From contig CAZOIA010000004.1 of the NCBI GenBank assembly GCA_964579675.1, forward strand, positions 3,551-67,550: 64,000 nt of DNA, read 5' to 3'. Position numbers and translations under genes: made by a program. Position 1 is the stretch's first letter. The number at the start of each line of letters is the position of its first letter. This document shows positions 8,915 through 17,924 of the stretch, piece by piece. Source of the DNA: an uncultured Planctomycetales bacterium (GTDB taxonomy: Bacteria > Planctomycetota > Phycisphaerae > UBA1845 > PWPN01). The notes beneath the pieces were generated by a model. That model saw only the letters and a program-made list of their open reading frames with translations. It had not been told where the DNA came from and ran no database searches.

Positions 8915-10336
8915 TTATCCAAGAAGGGCCAACGCGTTTTGGGGCAACTGGTTGGCCAAACCCAGAATCGAGGTCGTGCTCTGCACGAGGATCTGGGCCC
9001 GCGTGAGGGCCGCCACCTCCACCGCAATGTCGGCGTCGCGGATGGCGGATTCGGCAGCCATCACGTTTTCCAGTGCAACCCGCTGACTGTTGATGTTGGT
9101 TTCGATCTGGTTCCGCTGCAACCCGCCCAGCCGGCCCCGGACGATTGCCACCTGGCTGATGGCCTTGACGACGATCTGCTCGGCGGCCTGGTAGTTCTCA
9201 CCGACGACGGAGTTGCTGCCGGCCCCGTTGATCGTGTTGAGGAATCCGAGCGTCGCATTGCCCAGATTGCTTGTGCCCACCGATGGTATGCCGATCGCGA
9301 CTTGCCCATTGGTGTTCACCTCCGGTCCGATCTGGAACGTTGCGCCGCCGCCGGTAATGTAGAAGCTCGTCGTGCCGAGGCGCGTGCCGCGGTCGGCCGT
9401 GAGATCCAGCTCCAGGTCGAGGCCGTTGGCGCGAAGCGACGCGGTAACCCCGTTCACCGAAGCGGCCTGGCCGTTGATCAGAACCCCCGCATCCTGCCCG
9501 GTATCGCGGGTGGTCGAGCCGGTCGCCACGATAAACGTGCCGTCGATCGGCTTAACCGCCACGAAGGCGTCGGAGCCGTACGTCTGGCTGTTCAGGAGGA
9601 TTCTCGTGCTGGCCCCGGTGCCACTGACAGACGCCGACACGCCGGTGGTTTGCGCGTTGGCGTTGATGGCGGCAGCAATGGTGGCGGCACCCGATCCACT
9701 CGTGATGGCGATGATTTCGGCGCCGTCGTTGCCTTTGACTTCTATGGTGATGTTTTCCGACACACTGCTTCCTGCAAAGGCGACCTGGGCCGTCTGGGCG
9801 CTAGTGGTGACCTGGACCGTCACATTCGTCTGGCCACCGTCAGGCACGCGTGCCCCGAATATGGTCGCAGTGGCGATGGAGGACGCGGCAAGCCCGGAAA
9901 CGGTGTACTCGAAGTTCCCGTTGACCAGTTTTTCTCCGCCGAACTGTGTCGTATTGGCGATGCGGTCGATGGCTTCGAGAAGAGAATCAATCTGGAGCTG
10001 GTCGGCCTGGAGCTCCTCGCTGCTGTTCGCCCCTTCGTTGGCGGCGTGGGTGATGAGGGCGCGCATGTCGAGCAACAGAGCCGAGATCTCATTGAGGGCC
10101 CCTTCGGCGGTCGTGATGACGTTGACCGCCCGCTGCGAGTTCTCAACCGCCTGGCTGATGCCGCGGATCTCGCTGCGCAAGGTCTCGGATGCGATCAGGC
10201 CGGCCGGATCGTCCCGACCCCGGTTGATTCTCAGCCCGGTGCTCAAACGCTCCAGCCGAATCGCCAGATCGAATTGGTTGGCCGCCAACCGGTGGGTGGC
10301 CTGAATCGAGGGAATGTTGGTGTTGATGCGAGTCAT
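8915..10336 (-). CDS. fliC: flagellin 1 (473 aa)
   Basis: MTRINTNIPSIQA...LSTGLRINRGRDDPAGLIASE; C-terminal ESAIRDADIAVEVAALTRAQILVQSTTSILGLANQLPQNALALLG; SD AGGGAGG. Confidence 0.95.
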   Translation of the reverse strand: MTRINTNIPSIQATHRLAANQFDLAIRLERLSTGLRINRGRDDPAGLIASETLRSEIRGISQAVENSQRAVNVITTAEGALNEISALLLDMRALITHAANEGANSSEELQADQLQIDSLLEAIDRIANTTQFGGEKLVNGNFEYTVSGLAASSIATATIFGARVPDGGQTNVTVQVTTSAQTAQVAFAGSSVSENITIEVKGNDGAEIIAITSGSGAATIAAAINANAQTTGVSASVSGTGASTRILLNSQTYGSDAFVAVKPIDGTFIVATGSTTRDTGQDAGVLINGQAASVNGVTASLRANGLDLELDLTADRGTRLGTTSFYITGGGATFQIGPEVNTNGQVAIGIPSVGTSNLGNATLGFLNTINGAGSNSVVGENYQAAEQIVVKAISQVAIVRGRLGGLQRNQIETNINSQRVALENVMAAESAIRDADIAVEVAALTRAQILVQSTTSILGLANQLPQNALALLG

Positions 10337-10340
10337 GGCA

Positions 10341-10545
10341 TCCTCCCTGACTGTCGGGGCAAGAATCCGTGCTTGCACCGTCCGGAACACGGCCTTGTGT
10401 TCCGGGGCTAGGCTTCGGCAAGCCCAGCATCGACCCGACCCGCCAGCGGCGGATTCCACCGCCCCTCTTGCGGGCTCGCCCTGCTTTCCTGACTGGCAAA
10501 CCCTGCAGGCAAGGCGAACTCGTCCAGTTGATCCTCCCGATCAAC
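10341..10545 (-). promoter_or_regulatory. structured flagellin-1 leader with GGA-loop hairpins (CsrA-type sites)
   Basis: Hairpins 10527-10545 (loop GGGAG), 10448-10463 (loop UGGAAU) and 10360-10375 (loop CACGGAUU), plus the AGGGAGGA SD. Confidence 0.55.
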
Positions 10546-10663
10546 CCCCACCTTCCCTGGTGAGTTGTCGCCGGTGGCCCCTGTGGTCACTGGCGACTGA
10601 CGATTCCTGGTTCTCCCCCTCGGGCAGAGCCCCCCTAAACATCATCTGCGAGAACCATTCGGG

Positions 10664-10692
10664 ATTTCGACTAAACACCTGGACAGCCTTTA
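10664..10692 (-). promoter_or_regulatory. possible sigma28-type promoter of flagellin 1
   Basis: TAAA-N17-GTCGAAAT in an AT-rich patch; an alternative is GGAA-N16-TCCGATAT at 10725-10752. Confidence 0.4.
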
Positions 10693-10829
10693 ACTATAAA
10701 TGCTTAGTCCGGTTTTGATTTCAGATATCGGACGTTCCCGGCGGCGGGTTCCGGCCCCTGCCGCGCGAAGGATCGCGGGGGTGGATCGGGCTTTCTTATC
10801 CTCGGCCCCCCCGGACGATCTGTACTTCA

Positions 10830-12272
10830 CTATCCGATCAAGGCCAGGACGTTCTGCGGAGCGGCGTTGGCCAACTGAAGCGCCATCGTGGACGAATTCA
10901 CGAGGATCTGGGCCCGGGTCAGGTTACTGGTCTCGACCGCGAAGTCCGCGTCGCGGATGGCGGACTCAGCGGCGGTGGTGTTCTCGAACGCGATCTGAAG
11001 GGAATTGATCGTTGAAGCAAGGGTGTTCTTCTGGAAAGCCCCGAGCCGGCCTCGGAGGCTGGATACCTGTTTGCCGGCCTCACGAATGATCCGCTGGGAA
11101 GTCTCGAAGTTACCCGAGGTTAGCTGATTCGTCTGGCCGCTGCCCATAGACGACAGGTATCCGATGCTGCCCTTGCCCAGGCTGCCGGTGGCGACATTCG
11201 CTATGCCGAGACTCGCCATGGAGTTGATCCCCACCGTGGGGGCGATGCTGAAGTCGGCACCGCCGCCGGTCACATAGAACGTCTTGGTGCTACTCGTACT
11301 GGTGGCGAATGTGCTGGCGAGCGTCAGATCCAGGCCGAGGGCGGTGGTTCGCAACGAGGCGTCAAGACCGTCAGTAATCGCATCAATGCCGCTGATCCGC
11401 AACCCGACATCGACCCCGTGATCCCCGGTCGAACTGTCACCACCAGAGACGGTGAACGTGCCCTGAATGGCCTCAACGGTCACGAACGCATCCGATCCGT
11501 AGTCAGTGCTGTCGAACAGGATCCGCGTGCTGGCTCCGGTCCCGCTCACGGAGGCGGAAATACCGGTGAGAGTCTTGGACTGATTGACGGCAGTGGCGAC
11601 GTCGGCCGCGGACGTGCCCGATGCGAAGCTCAGTTGTTCGGTGCCGTAGTTCCCCGTAATCTGCAGCGTCGCGCCGCCGGTACCGACTGAGGATCCGGCG
11701 TAATTGACCTGGGCCGTCTGGGCCGATGTCGTCACCGCCACCGTAACGGTCCGGTATCCGCCGGTGGGGATTCGGGCCCCCGTAATCTTCAGATGCGAGA
11801 TACTCGACGCTCCGGTCCCGGTCGTGACGCCCGATGTGGTGTAATCCAGGGTCCCATTGAGCAGCTTCTTGCCCTGAAACTCGCTGGAGGTCGAGATCCG
11901 GTTGATCGTGTCGAGAATGGAGTCGATCTGAAGCTGGTTGGCCGATACCTCTTCCTTGCTCAGGGCCGCCTCGTTGGCCGTGTGGTCCACCAGGCTTTCC
12001 AACTCGATCAGCAGGGCACTGATCTCCTGTAGGGCTCCCTCGGCAACGGAGACCATGTTATCGGCCCGCCGGGCGTTGTCGATGGCGGCCCCGATGGCGG
12101 TAATCTCCGAGCGCAGCGTCTCCGAGGCGATCAGACCGGCCGGATCGTCCTTGCCCTTGTTGATGCGCAGGCCTGTGCTGAGGCGCTCCAGCGCGGTATT
12201 CAACGACCCGTTGTTTCGTGTCAGAATACGTGCGGCTACCAGCGAAGGTACATTAGTGTTGATTCGGCTCAT
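10830..12272 (-). CDS. fliC: flagellin 2 (480 aa)
   Basis: MSRINTNVPSLVAARIL...LSTGLRINKGKDDPAGLIASE; C-terminal ESAIRDADFAVETSNLTRAQILVNSSTMALQLANAAPQNVLALIG. Confidence 0.95.
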   Translation of the reverse strand: MSRINTNVPSLVAARILTRNNGSLNTALERLSTGLRINKGKDDPAGLIASETLRSEITAIGAAIDNARRADNMVSVAEGALQEISALLIELESLVDHTANEAALSKEEVSANQLQIDSILDTINRISTSSEFQGKKLLNGTLDYTTSGVTTGTGASSISHLKITGARIPTGGYRTVTVAVTTSAQTAQVNYAGSSVGTGGATLQITGNYGTEQLSFASGTSAADVATAVNQSKTLTGISASVSGTGASTRILFDSTDYGSDAFVTVEAIQGTFTVSGGDSSTGDHGVDVGLRISGIDAITDGLDASLRTTALGLDLTLASTFATSTSSTKTFYVTGGGADFSIAPTVGINSMASLGIANVATGSLGKGSIGYLSSMGSGQTNQLTSGNFETSQRIIREAGKQVSSLRGRLGAFQKNTLASTINSLQIAFENTTAAESAIRDADFAVETSNLTRAQILVNSSTMALQLANAAPQNVLALIG

Positions 12273-12568
12273 GTCTTGCGTGCCTCCAAACTGCCGCGAT
12301 CAGCTTGCCCGTTCCACCTGTCGAGTTCAGCCTGATCGTCGGAGCGCGGTTTAGCTGGTCACGATCCAGCCTGCCCGCGGGCTCGTCTTTACCCTGCCCG
12401 TCTGCCGTGTTTCCCCCAAACAGGTTCTTCACATCATGCCGACCCGTACCGGCACTCGACCCTCGGTCTCCACTTCATCCCCTGTCCCGGAAAACCCTCG
12501 CTCCATCGTGGCAAGGAAGCCGCAGAACAGGCTTCGCCACGTCCGCCGATCCTTCGGCGGTGTTCGTC

Positions 12569-12596
12569 GGATCGTCATCACGCTATGGGCGCTTTA
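12569..12596 (-). promoter_or_regulatory. sigma28-type promoter of flagellin 2
   Basis: Minus strand TAAA-N16-GACGATCC; just downstream is a hairpin CCGCCGA-AGGA-TCGGCGG (12543-12560). Confidence 0.5.
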
Positions 12597-13099
12597 GGTT
12601 TCTTCAGACGGTCCGAAAGTACGTGGTGACAAGGGCGAGGATGTTTCCGGACATGGGCCTGCCTGATAGGTCGAAAGGCGTGCCTTGGCACCGCGCGTCT
12701 CGGCCTTTTACCGGACAGCGGCCCCAAAGCCCGATCATCCTTGAGGTGAAAAAAAAAGTCGATCCGAAAAGGAATTCCTGTTCCGAACGGTGGTGCCGAT
12801 TCAGCCCGCAGGAATCGATTGTGACGATGATGCCCGATCGAGGAGCAGTTGCGCGCCAATCGGACCTCGCCCTCGCCCGCCGTGTTGCGGGAACCTACGG
12901 CCCTGTCGCGGTCCCGTCCGGGAGGACATTCCCGGCGGCCGGTGCCTACGGTAGCGGTGCAATGCACAGCTTCCCCGTGTCGGCCGGGTCCCCGGTTGGA
13001 CCATGCGGTCCCAACCTTCACCGGTCTGTTCTCACCACCCGTCCGGGCTCTGCACCCGATCCGATAACCTCAACGCGTTTTCGCTGCCGCCGCGCCCCA

Positions 13100-14551
13100 T
13101 CAGCCGAGCAGGGCCAGCACGCTCTGGGCAGAAGTATTGGCCAACGCCAGCACACTGGTTCCCGCATTGACGAGAATCTGGCTGCGCGTCAACCGGGATG
13201 TCTCAACCGCGAAGTCGGTGTCTCGAATCGCCGACTCGCTGGCGGTGAGGTTTTCCATCGTGATCGACAGCGAAGTTATGTTCGTCTGGAGCGTGTTCCG
13301 CTCAAACGCGCCCAAGCGCCCGCGTAGCACCGCGACCTGGCGAATCGCCTCGTTGATGATCTTGGACGCCTGGTTGGAAGCCGTCACGTCCCGAGTGGAG
13401 TCGTAGGTGCCGCCTTCCATAACCTGGCTCAGGAACCCGATCTGGTCATTGCCCAAGCGCGAGGCGGCCACAGACTGTACAGCAATGTTGACCTGCTGAT
13501 TGGGAGTGACGTCCGGCCCAAGCTGGAAAAGGGCTCCGCCGCCCGTGACGGCAAAACTCGTGGACCCGATGCCGAAGTTCTCATTCAGCGTCAGGGACAG
13601 ATCAAGCGTCTTCGTGTTGAGGACCAGTTCGAGCCCGCGGCCGATACTCTGGGCGCCGTTGATCATGGCCACCGCGTCGCGGCCTTCGTCTCGCTTGAAG
13701 TTATCGGAGTAAAGCGTTCCCGACGCATCGTGAAGATCGAACGAACCGCTGCCGGGCAAGAGGTTGACCTCCACGAACTCGGCGGTACCGTACCCGACGC
13801 TACGGAACGCCACGCCGCTGTTGGGGTTGCTGGCGTTCAGGAGCGCCACCTCGATACCACTGGCCTGGGTCTCCCGATTGACCGCGGCCATGAGGTCCGA
13901 AGTGGTCGTTCCCGAGGCAAACGCGATCACCGTTGTACCTTCGGTGCCGCGGAACTCGACCGAGATACTGTTGGTCAGTTGGCTGGTCCGGAACTGCAGC
14001 TCCCCCTGCTGGGCGGACGTGGTCACCGCCATGTCAACCGGGATGTAGCTTGCGGTCCCGAACTGGGCTGCATGCACCGCCAGCGTGGCGATAGCAGAAG
14101 ATTTCACCCCGCTCGTGATGTAGTCGAGCTCTCCGTTGAGCAGCTTGCGTCCCGCGAACGTGGCTGTGTTGGCGATCCGCGTGATGGACTCGATGGCCGA
14201 GTCAACCTGCAGCTGGTTGGCCCGCTTCTCGTCGCCCGACATGCCTGCATCGTTAGCGATTTCAACGATGAGGCCCTGAACGTCGATCAACAGCGAGGCG
14301 ACCTCGTTCAGCGCCCCTTCGGTGGTGGCGATGATACTGACCGCCCGCTCTGAATTGCCGATGGCCCTTTCGACCCCGGCGATCTCCGCCCGGAGGTTCT
14401 CTGAGTTGATCAGACCCGCCGGGTCATCCGCCCCACGGTTGATTCTCAACCCGCTTGAGAGTCGTTCCAGTGAAACCTGGAGGTCGCGATGGGTTTGGCG
14501 GAGGGTTCGCTGGGCGACGAGGGCCGGTACATTTGTGTTGATCCTAGCCAT
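13100..14551 (-). CDS. fliC: flagellin 3 (483 aa)
   Basis: MARINTNVPALVAQRTL...LSSGLRINRGADDPAGLINSE; C-terminal ESAIRDTDFAVETSRLTRSQILVNAGTSVLALANTSAQSVLALLG; SD AAGGAGG. Confidence 0.95.
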   Translation of the reverse strand: MARINTNVPALVAQRTLRQTHRDLQVSLERLSSGLRINRGADDPAGLINSENLRAEIAGVERAIGNSERAVSIIATTEGALNEVASLLIDVQGLIVEIANDAGMSGDEKRANQLQVDSAIESITRIANTATFAGRKLLNGELDYITSGVKSSAIATLAVHAAQFGTASYIPVDMAVTTSAQQGELQFRTSQLTNSISVEFRGTEGTTVIAFASGTTTSDLMAAVNRETQASGIEVALLNASNPNSGVAFRSVGYGTAEFVEVNLLPGSGSFDLHDASGTLYSDNFKRDEGRDAVAMINGAQSIGRGLELVLNTKTLDLSLTLNENFGIGSTSFAVTGGGALFQLGPDVTPNQQVNIAVQSVAASRLGNDQIGFLSQVMEGGTYDSTRDVTASNQASKIINEAIRQVAVLRGRLGAFERNTLQTNITSLSITMENLTASESAIRDTDFAVETSRLTRSQILVNAGTSVLALANTSAQSVLALLG

Positions 14552-14554
14552 TTG

Positions 14555-14620
14555 CAATCCTCCTTGATTGATTCTTGGCTACGAATCCGTCATCGTGACG
14601 GATGGGCCCGCGGTCCGCGG
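14555..14620 (-). promoter_or_regulatory. CsrA-type binding sites in the flagellin-3 leader
   Basis: SD hairpin CAATC-AAGGAG-GATTG (14555-14570); CCGC-GGACC-GCGG (14608-14620); 8-bp stem at 14585-14603. Confidence 0.6.
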
Positions 14621-14654
14621 TGCCGACCGGCCCCAGACCGCGGGGGTGGTGCCC

Positions 14655-14906
14655 CTACGTTTTCTTGCTCGGTTTTGCATGGTCCGCGGGGGCGCCGGCC
14701 ACATTAGCAATGTCTTCCGGCTTTACGTTGGCCGCCGCGCGATTCTCTCGCTTGATGGCCTCATACACTTCTTTTCGATGAACGGGGATCTCCTGGGGGG
14801 CGTTGATCCCCAGTCGTACCTTATCCCCGCGAATGTCGACAACCGTGATCTCGATGTCGTCCCCAATCATGATTGTCTGGTCGCGCTGTCTGGATAGCAC
14901 CAACAT
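14655..14906 (-). CDS. csrA: carbon storage regulator CsrA
   Basis: MLVLSRQRDQTIMIGDDIEITVVDIRGDKVRLGINAPQEIPVHRKEVY. Confidence 0.97.
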   Translation of the reverse strand: MLVLSRQRDQTIMIGDDIEITVVDIRGDKVRLGINAPQEIPVHRKEVYEAIKRENRAAANVKPEDIANVAGAPADHAKPSKKT

Positions 14907-15136
14907 CCTCGGCTCCTTCCTTGGCCATGCCGATGCTTCACGAATACCCTGCTTGACTTGTCATCGAGGTGTCGTTGAATCGGCAACCAACGCGTGGGGC
15001 GCCCGGCGGGCCAACCACCACGGACCTCGATGGCCAAGCAGCCGATAGCAACGCATTCGGTCTGGCCGGAGAACCTATCATACCATCTGGGAATCAGGCG
15101 GAACAGATGGGCAGCTTTCCGGCCCGGCCGGTGCGT

Positions 15137-15589
15137 CTAAGCTGTTTTGCTGACGACCTCCTGCTTCTCGCTCAGGTTCATCAGCGGGTGGCGGGTCGAA
15201 TACCGACGATCCGACAACACCAGTTGTCTGCCCTCGCGGGTATCCACATTGACCACGAGGGGGCCCTGCAGGTTCCCCGTCAGCATGTTGTCCACCTTGT
15301 TCACAATCGTGAACACCTGGGCTGACGAGGGGTCAGACAGGCCGATCTGCGAAAGATCCTCCAGCTTCACCGGCACCACATAATCTGAAACAAACAAACG
15401 CGGATCACACACCACAAATGCCAGATCCGCCCTGTGGACCGCCTGAAGCCAGTAGAACCCACTGTCCTCTGCGGTCTGAATCAGGGCATACTCCTGCTCA
15501 TCCGGAAACCCCAGAATACCCTTCGGGAATCGGAGCAACCGTTGCTCATCCACCTCCAATGGTCCAAACCGCGACGTATCTACGATCAT
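15137..15589 (-). CDS. fliW: flagellar assembly factor / CsrA antagonist FliW
   Basis: TSRFGPLEV...FPKGILGF...FYWLQAV...LAFVVCDP...NLQGPLVVN; SD GAGGAG before ATG 15589. Confidence 0.93.
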   Translation of the reverse strand: MIVDTSRFGPLEVDEQRLLRFPKGILGFPDEQEYALIQTAEDSGFYWLQAVHRADLAFVVCDPRLFVSDYVVPVKLEDLSQIGLSDPSSAQVFTIVNKVDNMLTGNLQGPLVVNVDTREGRQLVLSDRRYSTRHPLMNLSEKQEVVSKTA

Positions 15590-15888
15590 CGCGACTCTCC
15601 TCGTATTGACCCATCCAGAGTCGATTGGCCCTTCTCGTGCCCGCCCGGTCCGCCGGCCGGCGTCATCCTTAACGTCCGTACCACCGGTTTGACCGGCCAC
15701 ATCCATCCGCGCGAGAACAACCTGCGTCATCCTGATCGCAACCCGGCTTGTCTTTGCCGGGCAATCATTCCACCGCGCGCTTGCTGGGTCACATAAAGCC
15801 GCACGGTGCGTCCCGCGCCCCTCCTGCTTCCGTCCCGCCCCTTGCCGGACCTCCCCCTCCCCTGCCGCAACCAGCAGGCCAAGACCTG
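15590..15888 (-). ncRNA. candidate CsrB/RsmZ-like multi-GGA RNA (fliW leader or processed intergenic RNA)
   Basis: 15 GGA trinucleotides on the sense strand in 15598-15860, at least four in hairpin loops; repeated AGGAUGACG. Confidence 0.4.
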
Positions 15889-17844
15889 CTAGAGGAAATC
15901 CAACAACGATAACTGAAGCAGTTGCGAGCCCGTCATCAGGTTCGCCTGCAACGTCATTTGTGCCTGCTGAAACCGGGTAACCGCCTCCGTGTAATCCAGA
16001 TCCCTCACCTCACTCAACAGCGTGCTGCTGGCAAGGACGGCATCCTCGGTCAACTGAAGCCTGGTGTGCATCGCCCGCGATCGCGCGCCGACAACACCCT
16101 GCGTTCGGCTTGCGTGATCGATGAAATAGTTGATCCGCTCCGCTGCCAGCGTGATATTCTGTTCAACCTGACCCCCGCCGGTCACGAGAGCCTCGTGCAG
16201 GTCCAACAGGGCGGTGAAGATGCTGTCCGGCTTGATGCCGTTGGTGTCGTCGCCGACGAGTTCGTTGCCGCTCACCACCTTCTCGAGGCCTAGACCATCA
16301 ATCGCCGGCGAAGCACCCGCGCGGTCGACGCGGAGATCCCCGCTCCCGCCGGTACCATCTACAATGCGAATTCCGTTACCCGTCGTCGCCAGCGAAGCGG
16401 TCAGCGCAACGCCCGCCGCCGCCGCCGCGGCGTTGATCTTGTCGATCACGTCCTGAATCGTGGTCGAACCATCGAGACGGACGTTGAAGCTCGAGCCGTC
16501 CCTGGCCGTGACGGCGAGGTCGTCGAACCCCTCTCGGATGTCAACGCCCCGGCCGTTGTTCAACTCGCTGAGTTGGGTCTGCCCGTGCAGCGATCGGATG
16601 CCGAGAAGCTCGGCCGTGTTGCCCCCCTCCTCGCCGATCCGCATCTCAAGCCCGGACATCAGGTTGATCACATCGATCCCCGTCCCGGCTTCGTTGATCT
16701 CCGCGCGGGCCTCGACCTCAGCGGCGTTGATCCGGTTGAGCACGTCCTGGACCGTGGTGAGCCCGCTCAGATCAATGGTCTCCGCCAGCGACCCGTTCTC
16801 GATGCGAATCGACCCCAGGACCGCCCCCGCCCCGCCGAACAGCGACGCGAGGGTCGTCATCGACGTCACCTGCGGATCGAGATCATTGCCGGCGATCACA
16901 CCGGTCCCGGTGCCGCGGATCCCGAGGTCCCGGGCGGTAACGCCCCCGCCCAGATCCTCAACTGTCACATTCCCGCCGCTGACCGTAATCTCCAGCCCGT
17001 TGGCTCCCGCGTTGATTGCGGCGTTGAACTGACTGCCCGCACCCACGGTGAGGCCCGCTCCCTCGGCCGCCGCGTTGATCATATCAATGACGTCGCCCGC
17101 GGTGTCCGCCAGGCTCAGATCGACGACAAAGGTCGTCGCCGGCGTGTCCAGGGAAAGCCGGATGAGCCCTTGCGCGATGCCGTTGCCGGCGGCCCCGTTC
17201 ATGTCTGCCAGTCGCGTGTCACCGGTGAGGGCGGGATCGAGATCGACGCACCCGCTCACCTGGCCGGTCATGGCCCCGAACAGATCATCGCCGGTCAGGT
17301 TGATCTGGGCGTCCTGGAACAGATCCACGTGCGTGGTCAGCGCCAGCCGGTCGCCGCGGTATTCGACCCCGCCGTGGGTCTGCGTAAAGGGGGTAGTGGT
17401 GGTCTGATGCCCGCCGAAGAGGTACACCCCCTGGTACGTCCGGTTGCCCACCGTGACGAGCTGGTTGATCATGCCGAGCACCAGTTCCGCCATGGAATCC
17501 CGTTGGGCCTGATTGGCGGTGCTGTTCACCATTTCCGACGCAATCGAGTGCGCCTCGATCAGCAGGTCATTGATCTCGCCAATGCTGCTGTCGGTGGCGG
17601 CGAGGAAGCTGTCGGCGTGCCGGATGTTCGCCAGGATCTGCTCCTGACGTTCGAGGGTTTCGGTGAGCTGCGTGGCCCGGGCCGCCAGCACCGGGTCCTC
17701 GCTGGGAGCGTTCAGCCGATAGCCCGTCCCGAGACGGTTCTGCTCCAGGAATAGCGCCATGGTGTTCTGACGCAGCGAGTCCAACAGCGAAATCGTTCGC
17801 AGGTTGAAACTCGTTCGCGAGATGTTGATCGGGGTTATGGCCAT
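15889..17844 (-). CDS. flgL: hook-associated protein 3 FlgL, extended (651 aa)
   Basis: LGTGYRLNAPSEDPVLAA, YLFGG, C-terminal LSEVRDLDYTEAVTRFQQAQMTLQANL; follows flgK. Confidence 0.92.
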   Translation of the reverse strand: MAITPINISRTSFNLRTISLLDSLRQNTMALFLEQNRLGTGYRLNAPSEDPVLAARATQLTETLERQEQILANIRHADSFLAATDSSIGEINDLLIEAHSIASEMVNSTANQAQRDSMAELVLGMINQLVTVGNRTYQGVYLFGGHQTTTTPFTQTHGGVEYRGDRLALTTHVDLFQDAQINLTGDDLFGAMTGQVSGCVDLDPALTGDTRLADMNGAAGNGIAQGLIRLSLDTPATTFVVDLSLADTAGDVIDMINAAAEGAGLTVGAGSQFNAAINAGANGLEITVSGGNVTVEDLGGGVTARDLGIRGTGTGVIAGNDLDPQVTSMTTLASLFGGAGAVLGSIRIENGSLAETIDLSGLTTVQDVLNRINAAEVEARAEINEAGTGIDVINLMSGLEMRIGEEGGNTAELLGIRSLHGQTQLSELNNGRGVDIREGFDDLAVTARDGSSFNVRLDGSTTIQDVIDKINAAAAAAGVALTASLATTGNGIRIVDGTGGSGDLRVDRAGASPAIDGLGLEKVVSGNELVGDDTNGIKPDSIFTALLDLHEALVTGGGQVEQNITLAAERINYFIDHASRTQGVVGARSRAMHTRLQLTEDAVLASSTLLSEVRDLDYTEAVTRFQQAQMTLQANLMTGSQLLQLSLLDFL

Positions 17845-17924
17845 CAGTTCAATTCACTCTCAGCACCAATGAGTCCCTTGCGTCTCAACCACTTCAATTC
17901 AGGCGGCTCCGCGTGCCTGCCTGA

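Noticed and set aside
12578-13021. 147-aa ORF in the flagellin 3-2 spacer
   Set aside because: Arg/Gly/Pro-rich, no SD, no domain; looks non-coding
10340-13099. c-di-GMP (GEMM) riboswitch in the flagellin leaders
   Set aside because: The GCAAAC...GACGCAAAGCC core and paired tetraloop/receptor were not found by eye; a covariance-model scan would be decisive
15590-15730. 47-aa N-terminal extension of FliW from the ORF track
   Set aside because: The FliW motif starts at ATG 15589 with a GAGGAG SD; the extension overlaps the hairpin array and has no protein character
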